64,000 nt of DNA, from positions 160,001 to 224,000 of the forward strand of contig CAWHTE010000002.1 of assembly GCA_963832165.1 (NCBI GenBank), given 5' to 3'. The position numbers and the translations under genes are program-made. Source of the stretch: an uncultured delta proteobacterium. Its GTDB lineage: Bacteria; Myxococcota_A; UBA9160; SMWR01. Positions 53,045 to 62,868 of this stretch are shown here, piece by piece (positions within the stretch are counted from its first letter, which is position 1; every line of letters starts with the position of its first letter). The notes beneath the pieces were generated by a model, which worked only from the letters and a program-made list of their open reading frames with translations, ran no database searches and was not told the origin of the DNA.

Positions 53045-54361
53045 GTGGACCGCTTCGATCCGCTCGATCCCGAGGTGATCGCAGATCCCTATCCCTGGTA
53101 CCGATCGCTCCTGCGCGAGGCTCCGGTCTACCACGACGAGGCCAACGCGCTCTGGGTCCTCTCGCGCTACGACGACGTGCTGGCCGCCACGCGCGCGCCC
53201 AACGCGCTCTCCTCCGAGCAGGGCGTCGCCTACCGGCGCATCGGCCTGCCCATGATGATCTCGATGGATCCGCCCGACCATACGCGGCTGCGCAGCATCG
53301 TGTCGCGCTCCTTCACGCCCAAGAGCCTCGAACGCTGGCGGCCGATCGTGGAACGGCTCGCGCGCGAAGCCGTGGATCGGTTGGTCGAAGACGACACGGC
53401 CGACTTCGTCAGCACCGTGGCGTCGCCGTTCCCGGTCGCAGTGATCGCGGAGATCCTCGGCGTGCCGCACGAAGACCTCCCGCTCTTGCGCCGCGTCTCC
53501 GACGACTTCATCGAGGGCTTCAAGATCGGCCAGGAGAAGAGCCGCGTCGCGGGGCGCTTCATGGACGTGATGTCGCGTCGGACCGTGGTCCACTCGGTCA
53601 GCCGTCTCGGCATGCGCCATCCGCTCGCGATGCGAGCGTTCGTCGGAGGGGTGGCGGCGATCATCCGCGCCGTCGAAGGCACGAGCGGCCGCTGGGCCGA
53701 CGATCTCGACCGCGTGCCGCGCGCGGTGGCGGATCTCCAGGCCTACTGCGTGGACTTGATTCGGGAGCGCAAGCGGCGCCCCGCCGACGACCTGATCTCG
53801 AAGCTGATCGCCGCACAACCCGAGGGTGAGCTCTCGTCCTACGAGATCTTCTGGTTCTTCGTGCTGCTGCTCATTGCGGGCCACGAGACCACCACGAGCC
53901 TGCTCTCCAACCTCGTTCTGGCGCTGGTCGATCACCCCGATGAGTGGGACTCGCTGCGCCTCGATCCGAAGACCGTGCCCGCCGCCGTGAACGAGGCCCT
54001 GCGCTACGACGCGCCCGTGCAGGGCTTCTTCCGCTCCGCGCTCACGCGCTATGCGGTGGGCGACCGCGAGATCCCGGAAGGCGCGCGCGTGCTGCTGCTA
54101 TTCGGCGCAGGCAACCGCGACCCGCGCAAGTATCCGGATCCCGACGTGTTCCGCGCCGCGCGCAATCCCGAGGACCACCTGGCCTTCGGCGGCGGCATCC
54201 ACTTCTGCCTCGGGGCCTCGCTCGCACGCATGGAGGGCGCCGCCGTGCTGGGCGAGCTGGTGCGGCGCGTGCGAAACTTCGAACTCGCGGGTCCGGTGGA
54301 GCGGACCTGCAATCCCACGCTGCGCGGAGCCAGGAAGCTCCCGCTGCGCATCGCGCGATAG
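53045..54361 (+). CDS. Cytochrome P450
   Basis: DPPDHTRLR, AGHETT, EALR, FGGGIHFCLG. Confidence 0.95.
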   Translation: MDRFDPLDPEVIADPYPWYRSLLREAPVYHDEANALWVLSRYDDVLAATRAPNALSSEQGVAYRRIGLPMMISMDPPDHTRLRSIVSRSFTPKSLERWRPIVERLAREAVDRLVEDDTADFVSTVASPFPVAVIAEILGVPHEDLPLLRRVSDDFIEGFKIGQEKSRVAGRFMDVMSRRTVVHSVSRLGMRHPLAMRAFVGGVAAIIRAVEGTSGRWADDLDRVPRAVADLQAYCVDLIRERKRRPADDLISKLIAAQPEGELSSYEIFWFFVLLLIAGHETTTSLLSNLVLALVDHPDEWDSLRLDPKTVPAAVNEALRYDAPVQGFFRSALTRYAVGDREIPEGARVLLLFGAGNRDPRKYPDPDVFRAARNPEDHLAFGGGIHFCLGASLARMEGAAVLGELVRRVRNFELAGPVERTCNPTLRGARKLPLRIAR

Positions 54362-54370
54362 GACGAAGTG

Positions 54371-55045
54371 ATGGCCCAATCTCCGACGATGGCACCCGGC
54401 GACACGCCGTCCAACGCGCGCGAGGCGCTTCCGGTGTTCTTCTCGCACGCGAGCCCGCGCCTCCTGCTGATCGCGTTCACGGCGGCGCTGTCGGCGCGCG
54501 TCTGGCTCGGCGGATGGTCGGTTTGGGACCTCGCGCCCGTGGCCGTGATCGCGGTGCTCTGGCCGCTCCAGGAGTGGCTGATCCACGTCCTCATCCTGCA
54601 CGCCAAGCCGAAGCAGATCGGCCGCTTCACTTTCGACGGACAGGTGCCGCGCAAGCACCGCGCGCACCACGGCGACCCGTGGAACTACCACCAGTTGTTC
54701 ATTCCTTTCCACTCGTTCACCTATTCGCTGCCGCTGCTCGCAGTGCTCTGCTACGTGCTCACTCCGAGCCTCGAGCTCGCGCTCACGGCGCTCGCGTCGT
54801 ATCTGTTGCTCGCGATCCACTACGAGGCCGTGCACTTCCTGATCCACACGCGCGTTACGCCCTGGGGTGCCTACTACCGCGGGCTCTGGCGCAATCACCG
54901 GCTGCACCACTTCAAGAACGAGAAACACTGGTTCGGAGTGACCCGGCTCGAGGCCGATCGCGTGCTCGGAACGGCGCCGGTCCCGACCGAGGTGCCCGCG
55001 TCGGCGACGGCGCGCACGCTCGGCGTCGCTCCGCCGGCGATCTAG
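54371..55045 (+). CDS. Sterol desaturase / fatty acid hydroxylase family protein
   Basis: His boxes HVLILH, HRAHH, HFLIH, HRLHH. Confidence 0.88.
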   Translation: MAQSPTMAPGDTPSNAREALPVFFSHASPRLLLIAFTAALSARVWLGGWSVWDLAPVAVIAVLWPLQEWLIHVLILHAKPKQIGRFTFDGQVPRKHRAHHGDPWNYHQLFIPFHSFTYSLPLLAVLCYVLTPSLELALTALASYLLLAIHYEAVHFLIHTRVTPWGAYYRGLWRNHRLHHFKNEKHWFGVTRLEADRVLGTAPVPTEVPASATARTLGVAPPAI

Positions 55046-55057
55046 CCCGCCTTCTGG

Positions 55058-55924
55058 CTAGGCCACACCCTTCGCGCGCAGCGCGGTGAGGATCTCGCGC
55101 GTCGCGGGCGAGCGGTTCAGCGTGAAGAAGTGGATGCCCGGGACGCCGCGCGCGAGCAGCTCTTCGCATTGCTGCGTCGCCCATTCCACGCCGGCCGCAG
55201 CCACCGCATCGGCGTCTCCGTCGACGCGCTCGAGCTCCTTGGCGAGCGCGTCCGGAATGCGGTTGCCATTCATCGCGGCCATGCGCTTGATGCCGGCGAC
55301 GCTCGTCACGGGCATGATCCCCGCGACGATCGGCACCCCGATGCCCGCAGCGCGCGCGCGCTCGACGTAGGCGAAGTAGTCCGCGTTGTCGAAGAAGAGC
55401 TGCGTGATCAGGAACTCGCAGCCCGCGGATACCTTGTGCTGCGCGCCCGCGATATCGACGGTCCAGTCGTGCGAGTGGGGATGCATCTCGGGGTGCGCGG
55501 CGCCGCCGATCGAGAATCCGAACTCGCGTGCGAAACCCGCGAGGTCCGACGCGTGGGCGAAGTCGCGCTGGGCGTCGGCGCCCGCGCCATCCGGCAGATC
55601 GCCGCGCAGCGCGAGCAGGTTCTCGATCCCTTCGTCGCGCAGCTGCTCGAGCACCGCGCGCACCTCGTCGCGCGCGTAGAGCACCGTCACGAGGTGAGCC
55701 ATCGCGGTGAGGCCGAGCTCGCGCTGGATCCGCGCGACCAACGAGAACGTGAGCGGCCGGCGCGGCTTGTCGAGCGGGCAGGTCACGGAGACGAAGTCGG
55801 GGCCCAGGCGCGCGAGCTCCTCGAGCGCGTCGAACAGCGACGTCACGCCCGCGTCCGTCTTGGGCGGGAAGAACTCGAACGAGAACACCGGGCGCTCGAG
55901 GCGGTAGAGTTCGGCGATGCGCAT
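55058..55924 (-). CDS. metF: 5,10-methylenetetrahydrofolate reductase
   Basis: SFEFFPPK, LALRGD, HPE, ITQLFF, GIMP, HFFTLN. Confidence 0.94.
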   Translation of the reverse strand: MRIAELYRLERPVFSFEFFPPKTDAGVTSLFDALEELARLGPDFVSVTCPLDKPRRPLTFSLVARIQRELGLTAMAHLVTVLYARDEVRAVLEQLRDEGIENLLALRGDLPDGAGADAQRDFAHASDLAGFAREFGFSIGGAAHPEMHPHSHDWTVDIAGAQHKVSAGCEFLITQLFFDNADYFAYVERARAAGIGVPIVAGIMPVTSVAGIKRMAAMNGNRIPDALAKELERVDGDADAVAAAGVEWATQQCEELLARGVPGIHFFTLNRSPATREILTALRAKGVA

Positions 55925-55961
55925 AAGGCCCCGAAGGGGTCGCCGAGTATAGGATGCGGCG

Positions 55962-56177
55962 GTGAAGCCGGTCGAGGTGCCGCCTACCGCGCTCTCGCGC
56001 GAGGCGCTGCGAGCGCTGATCGAGGAGTTCGTCACGCGGGACGGCACCGATTACGGCGCCGTCGAGCGCAGCCTCGACGCCAAGGTGGCCGACGTGTACC
56101 ACCAGCTCGAGCGCGGCGAGGTGCGGGTCGTGTTCGATCCCGAAACCGAGACGACCACGCTCGTTCTGTCGCGCTGA
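55962..56177 (+). CDS. YheU (UPF0270) family protein
   Basis: LIEEFVTRDGTDYG..E.SL..KV...QL..G...VFD. Confidence 0.88.
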   Translation: MKPVEVPPTALSREALRALIEEFVTRDGTDYGAVERSLDAKVADVYHQLERGEVRVVFDPETETTTLVLSR

Positions 56178-56368
56178 ACAAAGCGCGGAGCCAGCGGTGA
56201 CCCGCCGACTCCGCGCTCGGGGCGACAGCTGGCCCCTTCCCGTGCCTCATTCTGTCCCCGCGGCGCGCTCGCGGTCAACGGGAATCCCCGGCCCTCGCCG
56301 GCCGGTGCGCGAGGGGGCATCTTCCGGGCGCGCGCCTGTTCCACTGCGCGCAACCGCGGAGGAACTCA

Positions 56369-56770
56369 ATGAAGGCAGTGCTTTGGGTCGGGCTCCTGCT
56401 CACGCTCGCAGGCGCCGTGCACGCGGCCGAGATCGACTGGCAACGCTTCCAGGACCAGGACGTGATCGAGATCGTGACTCACGACGAGGACGGGTCGCTG
56501 CGCGAGACGTCGATCTGGATCGTGACCTTCGACGGGCACGGATACGTGCGCACCAACGACTCGCGCTGGCTCGCGAACATCCGGCGCGGCTCGACCGTGG
56601 CGCTGCGACTCGACGAGCAGGAGTTCGCGGTCGCCGCGCGCGAGCTCGACGATGACGCGATCAATGCGCGCGTGGAGGAGGGCTTCAAGCAGAAATACGG
56701 CTTCACGCAGCGCGTGATGAGCGTGTTCCGCATGACCGAACCGACCTTGCTCGAGCTCAGCGCGCGCTGA
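56369..56770 (+). CDS. Secreted DUF2255/split-barrel-like protein
   Basis: Signal peptide; RETSIWIV...YVR...W..NI...KYG pattern. RBS GGAGG. Confidence 0.6.
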   Translation: MKAVLWVGLLLTLAGAVHAAEIDWQRFQDQDVIEIVTHDEDGSLRETSIWIVTFDGHGYVRTNDSRWLANIRRGSTVALRLDEQEFAVAARELDDDAINARVEEGFKQKYGFTQRVMSVFRMTEPTLLELSAR

Positions 56771-56784
56771 GCAGGAGGGCTGCG

Positions 56785-57810
56785 ATGACGCAACGCCGCA
56801 ATCGCCAATGGCTGCTCGCGAAGCGCCCGGCCGGCATGGTGAGCGCCGCGAACTTCGAGTTTCGCGAGGTGCCCGCTGCCGTGCCCGGCGCGGGCGACAT
56901 CCTGGTCAAGAACCTCTACCTCTCGTTCGATCCCGCGATGCGCGGCTGGATGGAGGACCGCCCGAGCTACATGCCGCCGGTCGGGCTCGGCGAGGTGATG
57001 CGCAGCGGCGCCGTCGCGCAAGTGATCGAATCGCAAGACGCGGCGTTTCCGGCCGGAAGTTTCGTGTCGGGGATGTTCGGCTGGCAGGAGTACGCGCTGG
57101 CGGGACGCGGCCGCGCGACGCCGATACCCGCCGGCACGCCGCTGACCTGGCCGCTCGGCGTGCTCGGCATCACGGGGCTCACCGCCTACTTCGGCATGCT
57201 CGACATCGGGCAGCCGAAGTCCGGCGAGACGGTGGTCGTGTCGGGCGCCGCGGGCGCGACCGGATCGATCGCGGCGCAGATCGCGCGGATCCGCGGCGCG
57301 CGCGCGATCGGCATCGCGGGCGGTGTGGAGAAGTGCGCGTGGCTGCGCGAGGAGGCTCGCCTCGACGCCGCGATCGACTACAAGTCCGAGGACGTCGGCG
57401 CGCGCTTGTCCGAGCTGTGCCCGAAGGGCATCGACGTGTTCTTCGACAACGTCGGCGGCGAGATCCTCGAGTCGGTGCTCGACCGGATCGCGCTGCGCGC
57501 GCGCATCGTGCTGTGCGGCGGTATCTCGGGCTACAACGAGAAGGAGCCGCCGCCCGGCCCGCGCAACCTGATGAACCTCGTGCGCCTGCGCGGACGCATG
57601 GAAGGGCTGATCGTGATCGATTACGCGGCGCGCTTCGGCGAGGGCGTGGCGCAGCTCTCCGAATGGGTGCGCGCGGGCGAGCTCGCTCACCGCGAGGACA
57701 TCCAGGAGGGGATCGAGAACGCGCCGCGAACCTTCCTGCGCCTGTTCTCGGGCGAGAATCTGGGCAAGCAACTGCTTCGCGTCGGTGAACCCGAAGGAGA
57801 CGTCCGTTGA
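56785..57810 (+). CDS. NADP-dependent alkenal/double-bond reductase (CurA/PTGR-like MDR)
   Basis: LSFDPAMRGWM, GLTAYFG, VSGAAGATGS, FDNVGG, CGGISGYN. Confidence 0.92.
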   Translation: MTQRRNRQWLLAKRPAGMVSAANFEFREVPAAVPGAGDILVKNLYLSFDPAMRGWMEDRPSYMPPVGLGEVMRSGAVAQVIESQDAAFPAGSFVSGMFGWQEYALAGRGRATPIPAGTPLTWPLGVLGITGLTAYFGMLDIGQPKSGETVVVSGAAGATGSIAAQIARIRGARAIGIAGGVEKCAWLREEARLDAAIDYKSEDVGARLSELCPKGIDVFFDNVGGEILESVLDRIALRARIVLCGGISGYNEKEPPPGPRNLMNLVRLRGRMEGLIVIDYAARFGEGVAQLSEWVRAGELAHREDIQEGIENAPRTFLRLFSGENLGKQLLRVGEPEGDVR

Positions 57811-58760
57811 TCTACGACAGCATCCTCGACACGATCGGCAATACCCCGGTCGTGCGCCTCAACCGCATCGCGCCCGCGGGCGTCGAGATCTTCGTGAAGG
57901 TGGAGGCGTTCAACCCGGGCGGCTCCGTGAAGGACCGCCTCGCCTACGCGATCGTCGCCGACGCGGAGCGACGGGGTACGCTCTCGCCGGGCCAGACCGT
58001 CGTGGAGGCCACGTCGGGCAACACGGGCATCGCTCTCGCGATGGTGTGCGCTGCGCGGGGCTATCCATTCGTGGCCACGATGGTCGAGACGTTCTCGATC
58101 GAGCGGCGCAAGGTGATGCGCGCGTTCGGCGCGAAGGTGATCCTCACGCCGGCCGCCGAACGCGGCAGCGGCATGGTGAAGCGCGCTGAAGAGCTCGCGG
58201 AGAAGCACGGCTGGTTCCTCGCGCGTCAGTTCGAGAACCCCGCCAACCCGGAGTATCACCGCCACACGACGGGTCCCGAGATCCTGCGCGACTTCGCCAA
58301 CCGCCGGCTCGACTACTGGGTCACGGGCTGGGGAACGGGCGGAACGCTCACGGGCGCCGGGCAGGTGATCAAGGCCGCGCGCCCCGCGGTGAAGATCATC
58401 GCCACCGAGCCCGAGGTCGCGTCACTGCTCGGAGGGAAGGATTGGAAGCCGCACAAGATCCAGGGCTGGGTGCCCGACTTCCTGCCCGACGTGCTCGACC
58501 CGAACGTGCACGATCAGCTGGTCCCCGTCACGGAAGACGACGCGCGCAAGTGGGCGCGCCGGCTCTCGACCGAGGAGGGCATCTTCGTGGGCCTCTCCGC
58601 GGGTGCCACGCTCGCGGCCGCGATGCAGGTGGCGCGCGACGCGGCGCCCGGCACCACGTTCCTCGTGATGCTGCCCGACACCGGAGAGCGTTACCTCTCG
58701 AGCTGGCTGTTCGACGACCTCGAGTCCGGCTCCGACGAGGCATGGCTCGAGAGCTTGTAA
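57807..58760 (+). CDS. cysK: Cysteine synthase A
   Basis: IGNTP, NPGGSVKDR, EATSGNTG, GTGGT, HKIQG, PDTGERYLS. Confidence 0.93.
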   Translation: MIYDSILDTIGNTPVVRLNRIAPAGVEIFVKVEAFNPGGSVKDRLAYAIVADAERRGTLSPGQTVVEATSGNTGIALAMVCAARGYPFVATMVETFSIERRKVMRAFGAKVILTPAAERGSGMVKRAEELAEKHGWFLARQFENPANPEYHRHTTGPEILRDFANRRLDYWVTGWGTGGTLTGAGQVIKAARPAVKIIATEPEVASLLGGKDWKPHKIQGWVPDFLPDVLDPNVHDQLVPVTEDDARKWARRLSTEEGIFVGLSAGATLAAAMQVARDAAPGTTFLVMLPDTGERYLSSWLFDDLESGSDEAWLESL

Positions 58761-58768
58761 GCGCCCGC

Positions 58769-59869
58769 TCAGAAGTGCAGGTGCACACCGATCCCGATCG
58801 TGTCGATGCGGCGCACGAAGAACTGTCCGTTCGGTGAGTTGCCCTTGAAGAAGTGGGCGAGCAACTGCACGCGCATCTTGGAGAGCTTGGGATTCTCGAG
58901 CTGGATCCCCGCCGCACCCGAGAGCTCCTCGCGCCAGTGGAGCTCCTCTCGCGACCCGTAGTTGAACGCGGCGAGCGGGCGCACCGCGTTGCCGATGAAC
59001 GCGACCGGGCTCTCGAGCTCGACGCCCGCCTGCGCCGAGAGGCGGTGCATGCCCTTGGGGTATGAGTGGAGCAACACGCCGGGGCCGGCATAGAGGCGCA
59101 GCCACGGCCACGGATCGGCCGAGATCAGCAGGTCGGCGCCCTCCCAGCTCAGGTTCACGCGCTCGACCTGGTTGTTCAGCAGATACTCGTCGCCGAGGTG
59201 CGAGCTCTGGTGGTAGAGCCGCAGCTGCGCCGACACGCCGTCGTTGCGCGCCGAGAACGTCGCGCCCGCCCGAAAATCCGAGTTGATCAGATCGTACGAG
59301 TCCTTGTCCATGTCGAAGATCGAGAACACGCCGCCGAGCGCGCCGATCTCCCAGCGCCCGCCCCAGAGGTCGCCGCCGAACAGCGCGAAGGTCTCGCCGA
59401 AGTTCGCGCTGCCGACGTCGCTGAGCTCCGGATCGTCGCGATACCACTGGTAGAGCACCGAGAAGTGGGTCTGACGCGGATCTGCGATCAGGGGATCGAA
59501 GAGCTCGCCGCGCGGCAGCAGCTCGAACAGGTCGGGCTCCTTGGTGGTCTCCGGACCCGGCTCACCGTTCGCCGGCGCGGTGGGCTCTGGTGAGATGCCC
59601 TCGTCGGCTTCGCTGACCTCGACGCGCTCGATGCCCTCGATCTCCATGAGCGCCGTTTCGATCCGCTCGGCCGGTTGATCCCCGAGAGCGACGACCACGA
59701 CGCGTGCGACGCGATCGCGCACTTCGAGGCTCACGACCTTGAGACCGAGATCGCGCTCGATCACGGCCGTGGCGTAGCCCGCGAGGTACGTCTCGTCGGG
59801 AACCGCAAGCGAGCTCGCCGCGCACAGGAGCAGCGCGGCCGCGCACAGCGCGCGAATCGCCGCGCTCAC
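58769..59869 (-). CDS. DUF1207-like secreted/outer-membrane protein
   Basis: Signal peptide, FDPLIADPRQ, LINSDF, HQSSHLGDEY, G.SPNGQF, terminal Phe. Confidence 0.8.
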   Translation of the reverse strand: MSAAIRALCAAALLLCAASSLAVPDETYLAGYATAVIERDLGLKVVSLEVRDRVARVVVVALGDQPAERIETALMEIEGIERVEVSEADEGISPEPTAPANGEPGPETTKEPDLFELLPRGELFDPLIADPRQTHFSVLYQWYRDDPELSDVGSANFGETFALFGGDLWGGRWEIGALGGVFSIFDMDKDSYDLINSDFRAGATFSARNDGVSAQLRLYHQSSHLGDEYLLNNQVERVNLSWEGADLLISADPWPWLRLYAGPGVLLHSYPKGMHRLSAQAGVELESPVAFIGNAVRPLAAFNYGSREELHWREELSGAAGIQLENPKLSKMRVQLLAHFFKGNSPNGQFFVRRIDTIGIGVHLHF

Positions 59870-60654
59870 GCGGTCCGCCGCGGCGGGCGCGGCACGAACG
59901 CGCTCGTGCGCGCGGCGTAGTCTGCGTAATCGGGGCGGCGCTTCGCGATCGAGCGCTCGAGCAGCGCGACGCCCGAGACGCGCAGCAGCAGGAACGTCAT
60001 CGCGACCGGCGACGCGAGCGTCCAGATCCCGATCGGCGTCGCAGCTGCGATCAGGTAGAGACCCCACCACACGCAGCAGTCGCCGAAGTAGTTGGGGTGG
60101 CGCGTGTAGCGCCATAGCCCGCGGTCCATCACGCGCCCGCGATTCGCGGGGTCGGCGCGGAAGCGCGCGAGCTGGAGATCGCCGACGGCCTCGAAGAACA
60201 GGCCGATCAGCGCGAGCGCGGCGCCCGCCGCATCGAGCGCGCCGAGCGGCCCGCCCGAAGAGACGTGCACCGCCTGCACCGGCAGCGACACGAACCACAT
60301 GAGCAGACTCTGCAGGCCGAACACCGTGAACAGGCTCGCGAGCGGGAAGCGGTCGCCCCAGCGCCGGCGCATCGCCTGATAGCGCGGATCCTCGCCGCGG
60401 CCGATGTTGCGCCACGCGAGATAGCCGCCCAGGCGAACGCCCCAGAGCGCGACGAGCGCGGTCGAGAGCGCGCGGCGCTCCGCATCGCCGCCCGATCCGA
60501 GCAGCCAGGACGCGCCCGCGATCAGCGCGAAGCCCGGCCCCCAGAAGATGTCGACGATGCTCGCGTCGCGCAGCGCGAGCGATACCAGCCACAGCGCGGC
60601 CATCGCCGCGGCGCCGATGGCGAGCGCCGTGGCGAACAGGGTCGGGGCATCCAA
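59866..60654 (-). CDS. DUF1295 family (steroid 5-alpha reductase-like) membrane protein
   Basis: DASIVDIFWG, EDPRY, EAVGDLQL, GLWRYTRHPNYFG, SGV.LLE. Confidence 0.9.
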   Translation of the reverse strand: MDAPTLFATALAIGAAAMAALWLVSLALRDASIVDIFWGPGFALIAGASWLLGSGGDAERRALSTALVALWGVRLGGYLAWRNIGRGEDPRYQAMRRRWGDRFPLASLFTVFGLQSLLMWFVSLPVQAVHVSSGGPLGALDAAGAALALIGLFFEAVGDLQLARFRADPANRGRVMDRGLWRYTRHPNYFGDCCVWWGLYLIAAATPIGIWTLASPVAMTFLLLRVSGVALLERSIAKRRPDYADYAARTSAFVPRPPRRTA

Positions 60655-60731
60655 AATGTGATCACTCCGCAGCCACCCCCAGCATAGCGACAGCGGACGG
60701 AGCGCAAGGGCTGCGCTACGAAGGCGCCGCG

Positions 60732-61637
60732 ATGGCAGTCGACGAAGCGCGCGAGCCGAACGGCGGATCACCGCGCACGCGGCTGTGGCTCGCGCTCGGC
60801 GCCGCGGCGGGAGTCGGCTGCGCGGCGATCGGTCTGCTCCTCCCGGGTGAAGGCGGCCGCGAGCTGCCCGCGAACGCCGCCGCCTCGGTGAACGGCGCGG
60901 TGATCCGGCTCGAGGAGTACGACCGCGCGGTCGCGGCGTTCGCGTCGGACCGCCGCGAGCCGATCGGGCCCGAAGAGCGCCGCCACGTGCTCGATCGGCT
61001 GCTCGACGAGGAGCTGCTCGTACAGCGCGGCCTCGACCTCGGCCTCGCGCGTCACGACCGCCGCGTGCGCGGCGACATCGTATCGGCCGTGATCGAGCTC
61101 GTGGTGTCGCAGGCCGACGCCGAAGCGCCGAGCGACGCCGACTTGCGCGCGTTCTACGAGGAGAATCGCGACTACTTCGCCCGCACCGAGCGGCTGCTCG
61201 TGCAACAGATATTCGTTCGCGCAGCGCCGCTGCGCTCGGAGGACGAGGCGCGCGAACGCGCCGCGGACGCGGCGGCACGGCTGCGCGGCGGCGAGCCGCT
61301 CGAGCGTGTGCAGGCGGCGCTCGGAGATTCCGAGGTCGCGCCGGTGCCGCGCGACCTGCTGCCGATCGCCAAGCTGCGCGAGTATCTGGGCCCGACCGCC
61401 GCGCGCGTCGCGCAGGAGCTCGACGTCGGTGGCACGAGCGAGCCGCAGCGCTCGGCGAGCGGCTACCACGTGATCGTGCTGCTCGACCGCTCGCCCGGGT
61501 TCGCGCCGCCGCTCTCCGAAGTAGAGGACGAGGTGCGGGCCGAGCTGCGCCGACGCGCGGGCGAGCGCGCGCTGCGCGCCTATCTCGACGATCTGCGCGA
61601 GCGTGCCGACGTGCGCGTACGCAGCGAAGTGCCGTGA
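60732..61637 (+). CDS. PpiC/SurA-like peptidyl-prolyl isomerase domain protein
   Basis: N-terminal TM, DEELLVQRG..LGL, DLRAFY, SEP..S..GYHVI. Confidence 0.75.
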   Translation: MAVDEAREPNGGSPRTRLWLALGAAAGVGCAAIGLLLPGEGGRELPANAAASVNGAVIRLEEYDRAVAAFASDRREPIGPEERRHVLDRLLDEELLVQRGLDLGLARHDRRVRGDIVSAVIELVVSQADAEAPSDADLRAFYEENRDYFARTERLLVQQIFVRAAPLRSEDEARERAADAAARLRGGEPLERVQAALGDSEVAPVPRDLLPIAKLREYLGPTAARVAQELDVGGTSEPQRSASGYHVIVLLDRSPGFAPPLSEVEDEVRAELRRRAGERALRAYLDDLRERADVRVRSEVP

Positions 61638-62863
61638 GGCGCGCTGCACTCGTACTGGCGCTTGCCGGTGCCGCGGCGCTCCCGGCGGCTGCGCACACGC
61701 GCAGCGTCTCCTACTCGAGCTGGCAGCTCGAAGCGTCGGGGGCCACCGTGCAGGTGCGCATCTCGCTGCTCGAGCTCTCGCGGCTCGCCTTCGATCCGGT
61801 GCTCGACGTCGGAAGCGGGGGCCCGGCCGCGCAGTATCTCGCCTCGCACCTCACGCTCCTCGCTGGCGACGCGGTGTGCAGCACGGCGGAGCCGCCCAGC
61901 GCCGAGTCCGCGCCGATCGGCTGGGCCCACTTCCGCTGGCGGATCGCGTGCAGCTCGAGCGGGCCGCGCTCGCTCGAGAGCCGCGTGTTGCTCGACCGCG
62001 CTCCGTCGCACCTCCACTTCGCGCGCGTCGCGAGCGAAGGCGCGTGCAAGGACGTCGATTGCAAAGACTGGCGCGAGCGCGTGCTCACCGAGGCGGAGCC
62101 GACCTGGGCGCTCGAGACCGCGCGCGGCGCGGGCCCGGTCGACGCAAAGGGAACCACGCTCGCGGGATACGTCGGGCTCGGCATCCTCCACATCACCACG
62201 GGCTGGGATCACCTCGCCTTCGTGCTCGCGCTGCTGCTGCTCGCGCGCCGCCTGCGCGAGGTGGCGGTGCTCGTCACCTCGTTCACCGCGGCGCACAGCG
62301 TGACGCTGGGGCTCGCCGTGCTGGGCCTGGTCCGTCCCGACGGTGCCGCGATCGAAGCGCTGATCGGCTACTCGATCGCGCTCGTCGCGGCCGAGAACGC
62401 ATGGCTGCTCGGCGGGCGCGGCGTGGCGGTGCCCGCGGCGGTCGCACTCGGAACCGGGCTGCTGGCGCTCTTCGCCGCGCTCGGCACCGGATCGGTAGGG
62501 CCGCTCGTGTTCGCAGGGCTCGCGCTGTTCGCGAGCTGCCATTTCGCGCTGCTCGCGCGCGTGGCGCATCCCGCGCGCCTGCGCGCCGCGGTGGCGTTCG
62601 TGTTCGGTCTCGTGCACGGCTTCGGCTTCGCGGGGGTGCTCGCGGAGATGGAGCTGCCCACGTCGCGCCTGGCTCCGGCGCTGTTCGGCTTCAACCTCGG
62701 CGTCGAGCTCGGGCAGCTCGCGGCCGTGGCGTTGGTGTGGCCCGCGCTCGTGGCGATCTCGCGCGCGAGTCCGCAGCGCTTTGGCCCGCGCATCGCCGAG
62801 GTCGGCAGCGCTGCGGTCTGCGGGCTCGGACTGTTCTGGCTCGTGACCCGCGCATTCGGGTGA
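61634..62863 (+). CDS. HupE/UreJ family protein
   Basis: Signal peptide ending AAAH, HI..GWDHLAF, FT.AHSVTL, FGLVHGFGFA, FNLGVELGQ. Confidence 0.9.
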   Translation: MRRAALVLALAGAAALPAAAHTRSVSYSSWQLEASGATVQVRISLLELSRLAFDPVLDVGSGGPAAQYLASHLTLLAGDAVCSTAEPPSAESAPIGWAHFRWRIACSSSGPRSLESRVLLDRAPSHLHFARVASEGACKDVDCKDWRERVLTEAEPTWALETARGAGPVDAKGTTLAGYVGLGILHITTGWDHLAFVLALLLLARRLREVAVLVTSFTAAHSVTLGLAVLGLVRPDGAAIEALIGYSIALVAAENAWLLGGRGVAVPAAVALGTGLLALFAALGTGSVGPLVFAGLALFASCHFALLARVAHPARLRAAVAFVFGLVHGFGFAGVLAEMELPTSRLAPALFGFNLGVELGQLAAVALVWPALVAISRASPQRFGPRIAEVGSAAVCGLGLFWLVTRAFG

Positions 62864-62868
62864 GCCCG

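Noticed and set aside
55925..55961. SAM riboswitch before metF; CCCC-GAA-GGGG hairpin
   Set aside because: The gap is only 37 bp, too short for a riboswitch. The single hairpin lacks the flanks of the repeat family.
60732..62863. PPIase-like plus HupE/UreJ pair as a new system
   Set aside because: A commonly seen pairing, with nothing extra here.
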